DNA of 63,820 nucleotides, filler included, from a bacterium (GCA_046331705.1; 3 parts of 3 records of this genome joined end to end with filler, not necessarily neighbours in it), one strand, 5' to 3'; counted from the first letter of the whole stretch, positions 33,574-44,424 are shown. Numbers and translations are program-made. Notes: generated by a model not told the origin, from the sequence alone.

Positions 33574-35577
33574 GTGAAGACGACGAGCGAGGTCACGATC
33601 ATGGTCGCAGCGCGGAAGCGGCGAGCCGTCGCGGCGTTGTCGATGCTGGTCGGTCTGGTCGGGGCGCTGGCGGCTGGCTGCGGCTCGGACGACGCGTCCA
33701 CGACCTCCGCCGGCGGCACGGAGATCCTGTTCGACGTGGCGGCCCTCGAGGGCAGCGCCGGTTTCTTCGATTTCCCGTGGCCGAGCGACGTGCGGCTGCG
33801 CGAGGACGGTCGCATCGATCTCTCCGGGTTTCCGCTGCCCGCCGGTCCGCCGAGCTTGCGCGAGTTCATCGGGGCCTACCTCGGCCGGATCGCCGATCAC
33901 ACGTACGGCTTCGGCACCAATCACGGCGCGTTCTTCCGTTCGAGCGGCGCCCTCGATCCGGCGACGTTGCCGTTCGGCGCGGCGGCTTCCCTTTCCCTCG
34001 ACGCGTCCATCTTCTTGCTCGACGTCGATCCGCGCTCTCCCTCGCGCGGCGAGCGCGTCCCGGTGGTGGTCTCGTACCAGTACGACGCCACGATCTACGA
34101 GCCCACCAATCTGCTGGCCATCTCGCCGCTGCTCGGCTTTCCCCTGCGTCCCGGCAACCGCTATGCGTTCGTCGTCACCAGCGCGGTGAAGGATGCCGCG
34201 GGCCGCCCGCTGGCGCCGGCGCCGACGTTCTCCCGGGTGCGCGACGGGCGCACCGGCGGCGACGAGCGGCTCGAGCGGCTCGTGGAGCTTCATCGGCCGC
34301 TCTGGGAAACGCTGGAGTCGAGCGGCGGGCCGGCTCCGCGAGAGGTGGTGGCCGCCGCGGTCTTCACCACCCGCGACGTGGTCGGCGAGATGTTCCGGAT
34401 TCGCGATTGGATGCACGCCAACGTGACGGTCGAGCCGCCCAGCGAGCTCGCGTTCAAGAAGGAGACGCCGGACTTCTACGAGTTCGTGGGCCGCTACGCG
34501 AGCCCCAACTTCCAGACCGGCACGCCGCCGTATCTCACCAGCGGCGGCGAGATCCTCTTCGACGCCGAGGGCGATCCGATCGTCCAGCGCACCGAGAGCC
34601 TGCGCTTCTCGCTCACCGTGCCGAAGGGCGCGCCGCCGGCGAGCGGCTGGCCGGCGGTGGTCTACGCCCACGGCACCGGAGGCGACTACGAGAGCCTGGT
34701 GCGTCGCGAGGCGATCGACCTCGCGGCGAACGGGCTCGCCGCCATCGGCATCGACCAGCCGATCCACGGCGAGCGCGTGCCCGGCGGCGACGACTGGTCG
34801 TTCTTCTTCTTCAACTACCTCAACCCGGTCGCGGCGCGCGACAACTTGCGCCAGTCCGCCGCGGACAACGTCCAGCAGCTGCGTTTCGTGCGCGAGCTGG
34901 TGGTTCCCGCGAGTCTCCATCCCGAAGGCATCGAGACCCGCTTCGATGCGAGCCGGGTGATGTTCATGGGGCACTCGCAGGGCGGCACCGAGGGGCCGCT
35001 CTTCGTCGGCGCCGAGGACCAGATCGGCTGCGCGGTGTTGAGCGGCTCGGGCGGCGGGCTGCGCCTCACGCTGCTCCAGAAGACGCTGCCGGTGCCGGTG
35101 GTGTTCCTGGTCGAGGCGCTGGCGGGTGCGCTCGGCACGCAGGAGCTCGATCTCTTCCATCCGCTGACGCAGCTGCTGCAGCTCTTCATCGAGGAAGGCG
35201 ACCCGCTCAACTACGCGCCCTATTACGCGCGCTACTCGCGCGGCGCGCCGCACTCGGTGTTCATCTCCGAGGGGCTGCTCGATTTCCAGGTGCCGTACAC
35301 CACCATCGGTGCCCACGCCCTCGCGGCGGGCGCGCCGATCGTGGGTCGGGTGTGGAAGCCGATCGACGGCATGGATCTCGCCGGTCTCGCGCCACTCACG
35401 CCGCCGGTGCGCGACAACGCGTTCGGAGCCGACGGCACGCGCGTCACGCTCGGCCTCGTCCAGTACCCGAAGGACGGTCACTACGCGCTCTTCGACAACC
35501 CCGAGGGCACCTACCAGTACGGCCACTTCCTCGGATCGTGCGCCGCGGACGATCCCACGATCCCCGCGCCGCCGTGA
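33574..35577 (+). CDS. Lipoprotein with N-terminal Ig-like region and alpha/beta hydrolase (lipase-like) domain
   Basis: GGGAGG SD; lipobox LAAGC; YAHGTGG, IDQPIHGER, GHSQGG. Confidence 0.85.
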   Translation: MKTTSEVTIMVAARKRRAVAALSMLVGLVGALAAGCGSDDASTTSAGGTEILFDVAALEGSAGFFDFPWPSDVRLREDGRIDLSGFPLPAGPPSLREFIGAYLGRIADHTYGFGTNHGAFFRSSGALDPATLPFGAAASLSLDASIFLLDVDPRSPSRGERVPVVVSYQYDATIYEPTNLLAISPLLGFPLRPGNRYAFVVTSAVKDAAGRPLAPAPTFSRVRDGRTGGDERLERLVELHRPLWETLESSGGPAPREVVAAAVFTTRDVVGEMFRIRDWMHANVTVEPPSELAFKKETPDFYEFVGRYASPNFQTGTPPYLTSGGEILFDAEGDPIVQRTESLRFSLTVPKGAPPASGWPAVVYAHGTGGDYESLVRREAIDLAANGLAAIGIDQPIHGERVPGGDDWSFFFFNYLNPVAARDNLRQSAADNVQQLRFVRELVVPASLHPEGIETRFDASRVMFMGHSQGGTEGPLFVGAEDQIGCAVLSGSGGGLRLTLLQKTLPVPVVFLVEALAGALGTQELDLFHPLTQLLQLFIEEGDPLNYAPYYARYSRGAPHSVFISEGLLDFQVPYTTIGAHALAAGAPIVGRVWKPIDGMDLAGLAPLTPPVRDNAFGADGTRVTLGLVQYPKDGHYALFDNPEGTYQYGHFLGSCAADDPTIPAPP

Positions 35578-35686
35578 GTCGCAGCGCCTGAGCCGCGGCG
35601 CCGACCGGCCGCTGCTTCGCCCTTCTGAGCCTTCCCGATCACGACTACGCTCAGCAGCTGCGCGTCGACGCGCGAGGGCCCATTCC

Positions 35687-36439
35687 ATGACCGCGATCGA
35701 TCTCGAGCCGTACCTCCAGCCGACCTACTTTCTCGACAGCGACTCGCCGTCGCTTCGCGCCTTCGCGACCGCGGCGATCGGCGACGCGGCGGACGAGCGC
35801 GCGAAGGCGGTCCGGCTCTTCTACGCGGTGCGCGACGGCGTGCGCTACGACCCCTACGGCGCCGACCTCTCGGCGGAGTCGTTTCGCGCCAGCAACGTGC
35901 TCGCCCGCGGCAGCGGCTTCTGCGTGCCCAAGGCGATCGCGCTGGCCGCGTGCGCGCGCGCCGTCGGCATACCCGCGCGGCTCGGGTTCGCGGACGTCCG
36001 CAATCACCTCGCCACCGAGAAGCTGCGGGAGCGGATGGGGACCGACGTGTTCGCGTTCCACGGCTACGTCGAGCTGTGGCTCGGCGGGCGCTGGGTGAAG
36101 GCGACGCCCACCTTCAATCTCTCGCTGTGCGAGAAGTTCCGGGTGAAGCCGCTCGATTTCGACGGCGAGCACGACGCGCTCTTCCATCCCTTCGACCGCG
36201 ACGGCCAGCAGCACATGGAATACCTGCGCTACCGCGGCGAGCACGCGGATTTCCCCATCGACGAGATGCTTTCGGTGTGGCGGGAGACCTACCCCTACAT
36301 GTTCGGCGAGTCGGTGAGCGCCACGCACGCCGCGGCGCGCATGGCCGGCGGTGATTTCGAGTCCGAGGCCGCCGCCGAGAGTGGAGTCGAGACGGACGCG
36401 GCGGCGCAGGCCGACTCGCCGCGCGGGAGCGCGCACTGA
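35687..36439 (+). CDS. Transglutaminase-like protein
   Basis: FYAVRDGVRYDPY, GFCVPKA (catalytic Cys), FHGY, WVKATP. Confidence 0.9.
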   Translation: MTAIDLEPYLQPTYFLDSDSPSLRAFATAAIGDAADERAKAVRLFYAVRDGVRYDPYGADLSAESFRASNVLARGSGFCVPKAIALAACARAVGIPARLGFADVRNHLATEKLRERMGTDVFAFHGYVELWLGGRWVKATPTFNLSLCEKFRVKPLDFDGEHDALFHPFDRDGQQHMEYLRYRGEHADFPIDEMLSVWRETYPYMFGESVSATHAAARMAGGDFESEAAAESGVETDAAAQADSPRGSAH

Positions 36440-37886
36440 TGGCACTCGATCCGCTGATCCGGCTTTCCGGCGCGGAGCTCGCGGCGCGCATTCGCACGCG
36501 CGAGCTTTCTTCGCTGGAGGCGGTGGACGCGCACATCGCCCAGATCCAGCGCGTGAACCCACGCCTCAACGCGATGGTCGCCGAGCGATTCGCCGCCGCG
36601 CGCGAGGAAGCGCGCCGCGCCGACGCGGTGCTCGCGGCCACCGCCGATCCGGCCGAGCTTCCGCCGTTTCACGGGGTGCGTGCTCCATCAAGGAATGCTT
36701 CGCGCTCACCGGGATGCCGCAGACGTCCGGCTTGGTCTCGCGCCGCGGCTTCGTGGCGCCGAGCGACGCCACCGCCGTCGCCCGGCTGCGCGCGGCGGGG
36801 GCGATCCCGCTCGGCGTCACCAACGTCTCCAGGCTCTGCATGTGGATGGAGTCGAACAACCGCGTCTACGGCCGCTCCAACAACCCGTACGATCCGCGCC
36901 GCACGGTGGGCGGTAGCTCGGGGGCGAGGGGGCCATCGTGGGCGCGGGCGGAGCGCCGTTCGGCCTCGGCCCGACGTGGGCGGGTCGATTCGCATGCCCG
37001 CGTTCTTCAACGGCGTCTTCGGTCACAAGCCCACCGGCGGGCTCATCCCCAACTCGGGCCAGTTCCCGATGCCGACCGGCGACGTGCGTCGCTACTGCAC
37101 CACCGGGCCGCTGGCGCGTCGCGCCGAGGACCTCATGCCCCTGGTGCGCATCCTCGCCGGACCGGACGGCATCGACGGCGGGTGCATCGCTCGCACGCTC
37201 GGCGATCCCGCCAGCGTGCGGCTCGAGGGTCTACGGGTGGTGAGCATCGAGGACAACGGGCTCATCCCGGTGAGCAACGATCTGCGCCAAGCGCAGCGCC
37301 GCGTGGCCGAAGCGCTCGCGGCGCGCGGCGCGCGCGTGGGAGTGGGATGCGATGCCGCGCCTCAAGCAATCGCTCGAGATCTGGTCGGCGATGCTCGCGA
37401 CGGGTGGCGCCGACGACTTCGCGGCGTTGCTCGGCGACGGGACACCAGGCAGATACGTGGAAGGAGCTGGCCAAGTGGTCGTTCGGCCGTTCGAACCACA
37501 CGTTGCCGGCGATCATGCTCGCGCTGCTCGAGAAGGTGCCCAAATGGACACCGGGGCGGACACAGCGTCTCGCGGCGCTCGGTGCCGAGCTACGCGCTCA
37601 GCTCGTCGATCATCGGGCCGCGCGGGTGCTCCTCTATCCGCCCTACGCGAGCGTCGCGCCGCGGCACGCGTTTCCGCTGGTGCCGCCGATTTGCTGGGCC
37701 TACACCGCGATCCTCAACGTCATGGAGCTGCCCGTCACGCAGGTGCCGCTCGGCCTCGACGCCAACGGCGTGCCGTTGGGCGTGCAGGTGGCCGCGGTTC
37801 ACGGCAACGACCACCTCACCATCGGCGTCGCGTGCGAGCTGGAACGGATCTTCGGCGGGTGGGTGGTGCCGTCGCTCGCCGCCTGA
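36439..37886 (+). CDS. Amidase-signature enzyme (FAAH2-like), split by several frameshifts
   Basis: Fragments in alternating frames: PPFHGV / CSIKE...NPYDPRRTVGGSSG / DVGGSIRMPAFFNGVFGHKPT / GVPLGVQV. Confidence 0.85.
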
Positions 37887-38074
37887 TCCCTCGGGCAGGC
37901 GTCCCGGGCGGACGTTCCAAAGCGTCCCGCCAAATGTCCCACCCTCGGTCAAGAAGCCCCGACGGGCGAGACGATTCGTCAGCAATGTGCCACTTAGCGC
38001 GGGCCGATTCGGCCCGGCCTCGAGAAAGGCCAATGGTTTTGCGACGCGCATTCTCGGCGCCCGAAACGCTAGCC

Positions 38075-38091
38075 GGGCGCGCGTCTTGCTT
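38075..38091 (+). promoter_or_regulatory. Candidate sigma54 promoter
   Basis: GGGCGCGCGTCTTGCTT: GG(38076-77)-N10-GC(38088-89); GTYCC repeats at 37901-37940 as possible enhancer sites. Confidence 0.5.
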
Positions 38092-38145
38092 TAGTCCCAA
38101 TCGAGCCGCCGACCGGCGGGGTCGGGCGGGCTCGAGGCGGCGGGA

Positions 38146-38406
38146 ATGATCGTCGAAAGCGCCTGGTGCGGCGCCCTCCTGGGACAGAAGGAGCCCCTGC
38201 TCGATACCCGACCGACGTCGGGAATCCGCGACGAGTGCGTCGAGCAGCTCGAGTCGGGACAGGTCTGTGCAGCGCCCCGGCTTCGCTCCCCATCGCCCCG
38301 AATTCGCGCGCTCCGGCGCGCCGGCCCGTTCGAGCTGGGCTCACCGGCGCTCATGGGCATCCACGAGCTACCCACGGTCCGCGTGCGCCGCTCCCACCGA
38401 CACTGA
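38146..38406 (+). CDS. Small CAWC...GICxxC-type putative zinc-binding protein (two Cys codons altered; 3' end uncertain)
   Basis: MIVE(S)AWCGALLGQKEPLLDTRPTSGI(R)DEC; the S (AGC) and R (CGC) codons are each one base from TGC. Confidence 0.55.
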   Translation: MIVESAWCGALLGQKEPLLDTRPTSGIRDECVEQLESGQVCAAPRLRSPSPRIRALRRAGPFELGSPALMGIHELPTVRVRRSHRH

Positions 38407-38596
38407 CCCTCGCGGCGGCTCGCGCGCCGCCGCGCCTTCCCGCGTGCCTCTCGGCCGGTGGGATCCTCCATCCTTCGGCGGGCCGCGCGCCCGGTCGCGG
38501 GCTTCGGCCCTCGGCTGCGTTTGCCGTTCGGCGTCGCGACGCGCTAGGTGAAGCACGCGTCTCGCGGCACGCCCGCGCGCGCCGCGGGATTCCTCC

Positions 38597-39431
38597 ATGA
38601 CCGATCTCTTCACCGGAACGTGGGCGCTCGTCACGGGCGCGTCGTCGGGAGCTCGGCGTCGAGTTCGCGCGCCAGCGCCTGCGGCGCGCCGCACGAATCT
38701 GGTGCTCACGGCGCGGTCGCACGCCGAGCCTCGAGCGGCTCGCTGCAGAGCTTGCCGGGCGACACGGCATCTCGACGCACGTGGTCGTGGAAGACCTGGG
38801 AGTCGTGGGTGGAGCCGCGCGGCTCGCGGCGGCGGTGGACGCGCTCGGCATCCCGATCGAGCACCTCGTAACAACGCCGGCTTCGGAGCGATGACCCGCT
38901 TCACGCGTAGCTCGCTCGAGCGCCAGACCGAGATGGTGCGTCTCAACTGCGAGACCGTGTTGGTGCTGACCTGGCATTTCCTGCCCAAGATGGTCGAGCG
39001 CGGTCACGGCGGCGTGATCCAGGTTTCGTCCACGGCCGGGCATCAGCCGGCCCCCTTCTTCACCACCTACGGCGCCACCAAGGCGTTCGTGTTGAGCTTC
39101 GCCTCTGCGCTCGCCGGTGAGCTGCGCGGCAGCGGAGTGCGCATGCTGGCGTTCTGCCCCGGCCCGGTGCAGACGGGCTTCCAGAAGGCCGCCGGACTGC
39201 CCGTGCCGGATCTGAAGCGCGGTGGCTTGCGGGCGCGCGTGTCGCTGCTGAACGCGGCGGAGGCGGTGCGGCGTGGGCTCGTCGCCTACGAGCGCGGACG
39301 AGACATGCGTTCCCGGCGTGGTGAATCGGGTGATGACCCTGGCCGCGAAGCACGCCCCGCGGGCGTGGATCGTGGATGCTGCGGCGCGCTCGCTCTCGCG
39401 CGGCGGCGACGCGCGGAGGCCGAGCCGATGA
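38597..39431 (+). CDS. Short-chain dehydrogenase/reductase, frameshifted
   Basis: ALVTGASSG, NNAGFG, YGATK, CPGPVQTGF; the last fragment ends at TGA overlapping the next ATG. Confidence 0.85.
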
Positions 39432-40655
39432 GCGCTGTGGAGACGATCGCCACGGGCTTCGCGTCCAACTGGGGTCTCGAACCGGGGCTCACCTTCCTCA
39501 ACCACGGCTCGTTCGGCGCTTGCCCCAAGGCGGTGCTCGCGGTGCAGGCCGAGTTTCGTGCGCGGCTCGAGCGCGATCCGGCGCGCTTCATGGCCCGCGA
39601 CTTCGAGGATCTCGTCGACGAGGCGCGCGCCGTGCTGGCGGCGTTTCTGGGCGCCGACGAGGAGGACCTCGCCTTCCTGCACAACGCCACCACCGCCGTG
39701 AGCACGGTGTTGCGCTCGATCTCGTGGCACGCGGGCGACGAGATCCTCATCACGGACAACGCCTACAACGCGTGCGCGAACGCGGCGCGGGAGATCGCGG
39801 GTACCGCTGGCGCGCACGTGGCGGTGGCTTCGATCCCGTTCCGGGGAACCACCGCCGACGCGGTGATGGACGCGGTGCTGAGCCGGGTGACGCCGCGCAC
39901 GCGCCTCGCGCTCCTCGATCACATCACCAGCCCCACGGCGCTGGTGTTGCCGATCGAGCGGCTGATCCGCGAGCTCGCGGCGCGCGGTGTCGGCATTCGT
40001 CGACGGCGCGCACGCGCCCGGGCAGGTGCCGCTCGACCTCGGCACGCTCGGTGCCGCGTACTACACGGGCAACTGCCACAAATGGCTGTGCGCGCCCAAG
40101 GGCGCGGGCTTCCTGTGGGTGGAGCGCAGCCGCCAAGCGACCCTCCGACCGCTGGTGGTGAGTCACGGCGCCAACTCGCCGCGCACCGATCGCAGTCGGT
40201 TCCGGCTCGAGTTCGATTGGCTCGGCACCGACGATCCCACGGCGTTTCTGGCGGTCCCCGCCGCGCTGAAGTTTCTGGGCTCGCTGGTCGCGGGCGGTTG
40301 GCCCGCGCTTCGTGCCGCGCAATCACGCGTTGGTCGTCGAGGGTCGCCGGGTGCTCTGGCGAGGCACTGGCCGTGGACTCGCCGTGCGACGAAGCCCTTC
40401 TGGGCTCGATGGCGTCGATCCCGCTTCCCGACGCGCGGGCCGCGCCAGCTGCATTCGTGGGGCTGGGACCCGTTGCAGGAGCGGCTGCGCGACGACGACC
40501 GGATCGACACGATCGTGAACAACTGGCCCGCGTGGCCCAAGCGCTGGCTGCGGCTCTCGGCGCAGCTCTACAACGAGCCCGCCGACTACGCGCGGCTCGC
40601 GACGGCGTTGGTCGCCCAGCTTGGCCGCGAATCGGCCGACGCCCCCAGCTCGTGA
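39428..40655 (+). CDS. Class V PLP enzyme (isopenicillin N epimerase/EgtE-like C-S lyase), frameshifted
   Basis: FLNHGSFGACP, NATTAV, DHITSPTAL, VDGAHAPG, GNCHKWLCAPKG, RLSAQLYN. Confidence 0.88.
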
Positions 40656-40731
40656 CCCTGTCGAAGCGAACCCGCCCGCAGCAGCGGCTCCAGCGCTGCG
40701 CTCCGTCGCATCCCCAGGCCGTTCTTCGCGA

Positions 40732-41627
40732 ATGACCGTGGCGGACGATTCCGCACCGCCGAGGGGCTTCGCGCCTGCCGGCGGCATCGTCCGCCAGCCA
40801 CGCCGTCCCGCCGGTTGGGTGGCACCTGGACCGAGGCCCGCTGGCGCGGGCGACCGCCCCGACAGCTGTGCCGCGGACGAAGACCTCTGCCATCTGTGCG
40901 GCGACTGGCGGATCTTCCAGAAGCTCCGTGGCCATCGCTTCAGCCTGGACGATCTCGTCATGCGTGGTTCCTGCGCTCGAGCACGCGGGTGAGGGCGAGG
41001 TGCGAACGGCGCTGGATCTCGGTTGCGGGTCGGGCTCGGTGTTGCTCATGGTTGCGTGGGCGCGGCCGGCGGCGCAGGTGATCGGAGTCGAGGCGCAGGA
41101 CGTGAGCGTGGGACTCGCACGCCGCTCGATCGCGTGGAACGCGGCTGTGCCGATCGCTGCGAGGTGCGCCACGGCGATCTGCGCGATCGAGCGCTCGTCG
41201 AACCGGCTGGCGCGGGGTTCGATCTCGACAGGTACGCCGCCTTACATCCCGCTCGGCGACGGCGTGGTGTCCGAACGCGTGCAGCGCGGCCCCGCGTGCT
41301 TCGAGGTGCGCGGCGGCGTCGAGGACTACGCATCGGCGGCAGCGCGCCGGCTCGCGCCCGCGGTGTGTTCACGGTCTGTCCTCGGACGCCGCGCGCACGC
41401 TGCGCGCCGCCGCCGCGACGAACCTCGTCGTTCGCGCCCGGCGACCGGTCGTTCCCCGTGACGGCCGCGACCCGCTCTTCTGGGTGTTCGCGATGCAGCA
41501 CCGTGACGTCGCAGCGCTCGACGCGCCGCCAGGGCCGCCGCTCGTGGTCCGCGATCGCGCCGGCCAGTGGACCGACGACTTCCGCGCGCTGCGCCTGTCG
41601 ATGGGCATGCCCTGCTCAGCGCGCTGA
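40732..41627 (+). CDS. TrmN6-like adenine-N6 SAM methyltransferase, frameshifted
   Basis: IFQKLRGHRFSLDD, LDLGCGSGSV, GVEAQ, GTPPY across frames. Confidence 0.75.
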
Positions 41628-42319
41628 GCTGGGCCGCCGCGCGCTCGTGAGATCGAGCAATCGATCTCCGCTCGGGTGTCTCGCGGAGACGGGCCTCACT
41701 GCGTGGGTGTCGACAATCGCGGCGCCGCCAAGGTGAGCAACGACGACGAAGGATGCTCGCTGGAGCTCGCGGACTCGACTTCATCAGCAATTCCAGCAGG
41801 GCGATCTCCGGAAAGCGCGGCACCATTCTTGCGCTTCGCCGGATCGATTCCGGTTGCGCCGTTGCCGCGCCGAGATGGGATTGTCCAATCACGGAAACGA
41901 CCTCTCGCATCCCAGGTCTGGCGTTGGCGGTCTTTCAGTCGAGGCCGAATCGCAACGTCGAATGACTCCGCGAGCGCCTGCGAATCGAATGTCGACCTGC
42001 TGAGTGAGGCTTCCTGCTCGAACACGACGTGCTGAAAACCCGGCGGTGGTCCTCGTTCAGGTGCTTCGTATTCACGCGTGCCGAGCGACGCATCCGTGCG
42101 GAGTCTTTCGTCCCCGGGGGCGAGATCGTGACGGCGTTGTCGTTCGTGAGCGTGGCGACTTCGCGCTCATCGCCACGACCGCGAGGTCGAACGCCGTGAC
42201 GTAGACGTCGATCGCGCTGGCACAGGCGACCGCATTCAACGGTTCTCGGACGTGGGTCGACGATGGGGGCGTCGGCCTGGTCGTCGACGTGCGACAAAAC
42301 GCCCCTGCTGGAGCAGCCG

Positions 42320-44416
42320 ATGCCTCGCATTACGGTGGTGATCTCGTGGTTCGTCGTGAGCCTCGCGACGTGTTTGGCCGTCGCGGATGGCGCAAGAGGG
42401 GCGCCCATACCCCCTACCGGTGGAGACGCGAGCGGGTTGACGCTCAGCCACGGGTACGAGTCGCCCAAGTACCTGAGCTCGGCCGTCAATCAGAGCCCGG
42501 GCTGGGAAGACTCGGCGTTCGTGACGGGGGATGGAAAGCAACTCTATTGGGCGTACTCGAATCTGATCCCCGGCCAGGGTGCCAACACGGCGGGGCCGAT
42601 CCTGCAGAACAACGGCTCGCAATTCGACATGTACCGGATGCTCTTCGGTAGCAGTTGGGGAAGCCCCGAGCATCTGCCCACGTCTCCCTACAACACGCTC
42701 TCGGCCGAGGGCGCGGAATCGGCGAACCTGGGCTGGCTCGCGTTCATGCGGATCGATGGAAAGCGGAAGCTCTTCGGGTCGAAGTTCGACGGCAGCGGCG
42801 GGCTCAGCACCAGCACCGTGGCGCTCGGCGTCAACTCGACGTGCGACGACGACAACCCCCACATCGCCCCGCCCGCGACCTCCTCGGGAAGGTTCCTGCT
42901 CTATTTCGATTCGTGGCGAAAGGACGGCGGGTGCCGCACGGCGTCGGAAGGTCCCCGAATCTGGGTCAGCGAGTTCAGCGGCACGACCGAGAACGACCTC
43001 GCCAACGCGAGCTTGTGGAGCACCCCGACACTGGTGTCGTTCTCCTGCTCGGGCGAGGTGCCGGCGATGGTCTTTGCCGTACACCCATTCCTCACCAACG
43101 ACTTGAAGACCCTGTACTGGGTTGGATTCGACGGTACCTCGTCGTCCGCCAACTGCCGCCTCGACGGCGTCGAGAACTCCAACCCTTGCATCTTCCGCGG
43201 CACCGCGCAGAACGGACCCGTCCCTTCCACGTTCGGCTCGTGTGAGCAGATCGTCCGTGCGAAGAGCCACGCATCGGCCGCGACGGGCGAGGTGTATCAG
43301 CTCGGCGAGCCCTCGCTGACCGACAACGGCGGCCTTCTCTACTTCGTCGCGGCGCGTGACGTCAGCTACGGGGCCGGGCTGATCCAGGATCCGCAGATCG
43401 CCTACGCGCAACGCTTCGTGCTGGACCAGCCGGCGGCGTCGAGCGGAGCCGTGCTGCGCGTCGGTGGCAGCGTTCAGCTCACGGGTGCCGGCATCACGTC
43501 GGGCTCGGTGCTCAAGGTCTATCTCGCGACGTCGAGCGGCGTGATCGACGTGATCCCGAATGGCCTGTCGCCCTCCAGCACCACCGCCGGAACCTGGCAG
43601 GGAACGCTGCCTTGGCCGTGGCCGGTCGCCGCGCCGAACGACAAGAACCTCGGCCTGGGATACGTGTCCCTCAGCCTGGTCCGTACGGATCGGGGCTACG
43701 ACCAGAGCAACTCCGTCGGCATCCCGCTGATCGGCAATCCGAGCCTCGGCACGAACGCGAAGGTCCCGTCGATCCTCGCGGTGAACAACGCGCCATTCGC
43801 GGCGACCAGCTGGGACGTGGGCATCCACACCGCGAACGCAGAGGTCGTCGTCCAGTCGCAAGGGACCGTGACGCTCGACAGCGAGTCCGCGAGCCTCGAC
43901 GGCCTCGGTCCGGTCGTGAACGTGTTCCACTCCACCGGCAACTGCGGGCCGCTCACGCCGACCTTCCCCAATGGCTCGAGCCGCCCCACCGTCACGCTGC
44001 CCTCGAGCTGCCCGACGGGGCCGGTCTCGTTCCAGATCGTGAACGTGAACGGCGCCTACGCGACCAGCAACACGGTCGCCGCGCAGATCAACGCCGTTCC
44101 GCAGGTCACCGGTGTCTCGCTCAGCAGCCCGTGCAACGGAACGTCCTGCGTCGTCACCGTGAACGGGAACGGCCTGAGCCCGCAGACGGTCGTGAACCTC
44201 TTTGCGAACAACGGCTCCGGCACCGTGAACTTCGGCGGGCTGACCGGTGGGACTCCGAACATCGCCATCACGTTCGTGAGCGAGCACCAGATCACGTTCC
44301 ACCGACCGGCGGGCGTCCAGTCCGGGTCGGCGTTCGTGCAGGTGCTCAATGCGCCGTACTCAGCGTATTTCTCGAGCACGCTCGCGCCTTCCAGCCCAGG
44401 CGCGTTCAGCTTCTGA
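42320..44416 (+). CDS. Secreted protein: propeller-like N-terminal half plus tandem Ig/IPT-like C-terminal domains
   Basis: Signal peptide; PD40-like repeats (SAFVTGDGKQLYW, PFLTNDLKTLYW, PSLTDNGGLLYF); S/T/G/N-rich beta C-terminus. Confidence 0.8.
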   Translation: MPRITVVISWFVVSLATCLAVADGARGAPIPPTGGDASGLTLSHGYESPKYLSSAVNQSPGWEDSAFVTGDGKQLYWAYSNLIPGQGANTAGPILQNNGSQFDMYRMLFGSSWGSPEHLPTSPYNTLSAEGAESANLGWLAFMRIDGKRKLFGSKFDGSGGLSTSTVALGVNSTCDDDNPHIAPPATSSGRFLLYFDSWRKDGGCRTASEGPRIWVSEFSGTTENDLANASLWSTPTLVSFSCSGEVPAMVFAVHPFLTNDLKTLYWVGFDGTSSSANCRLDGVENSNPCIFRGTAQNGPVPSTFGSCEQIVRAKSHASAATGEVYQLGEPSLTDNGGLLYFVAARDVSYGAGLIQDPQIAYAQRFVLDQPAASSGAVLRVGGSVQLTGAGITSGSVLKVYLATSSGVIDVIPNGLSPSSTTAGTWQGTLPWPWPVAAPNDKNLGLGYVSLSLVRTDRGYDQSNSVGIPLIGNPSLGTNAKVPSILAVNNAPFAATSWDVGIHTANAEVVVQSQGTVTLDSESASLDGLGPVVNVFHSTGNCGPLTPTFPNGSSRPTVTLPSSCPTGPVSFQIVNVNGAYATSNTVAAQINAVPQVTGVSLSSPCNGTSCVVTVNGNGLSPQTVVNLFANNGSGTVNFGGLTGGTPNIAITFVSEHQITFHRPAGVQSGSAFVQVLNAPYSAYFSSTLAPSSPGAFSF

Positions 44417-44424
44417 GGTCGTGG

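Noticed and set aside
32290-35688. 1132-aa minus-strand ORF suggesting a giant deacetylase fusion
   Set aside because: The upstream two-thirds is the antisense shadow of the lipase-like lipoprotein; only about 32290-33435 is credible.
38597-40735. 712-aa SDR-aminotransferase fusion ORF
   Set aside because: Produced by frameshifts; the two genes are separate with an ATGA overlap at 39428-39431.
36439-41627. Programmed frameshifting or a true pseudogene island
   Set aside because: Too many scattered indels across unrelated genes with intact catalytic motifs; sequencing error is more parsimonious, though not proven.
41630-42300. Short ORFs on both strands (e.g. 41696-42025)
   Set aside because: No recognisable motif, weak codon bias, and adjacent to the error-prone zone; cannot be supported.
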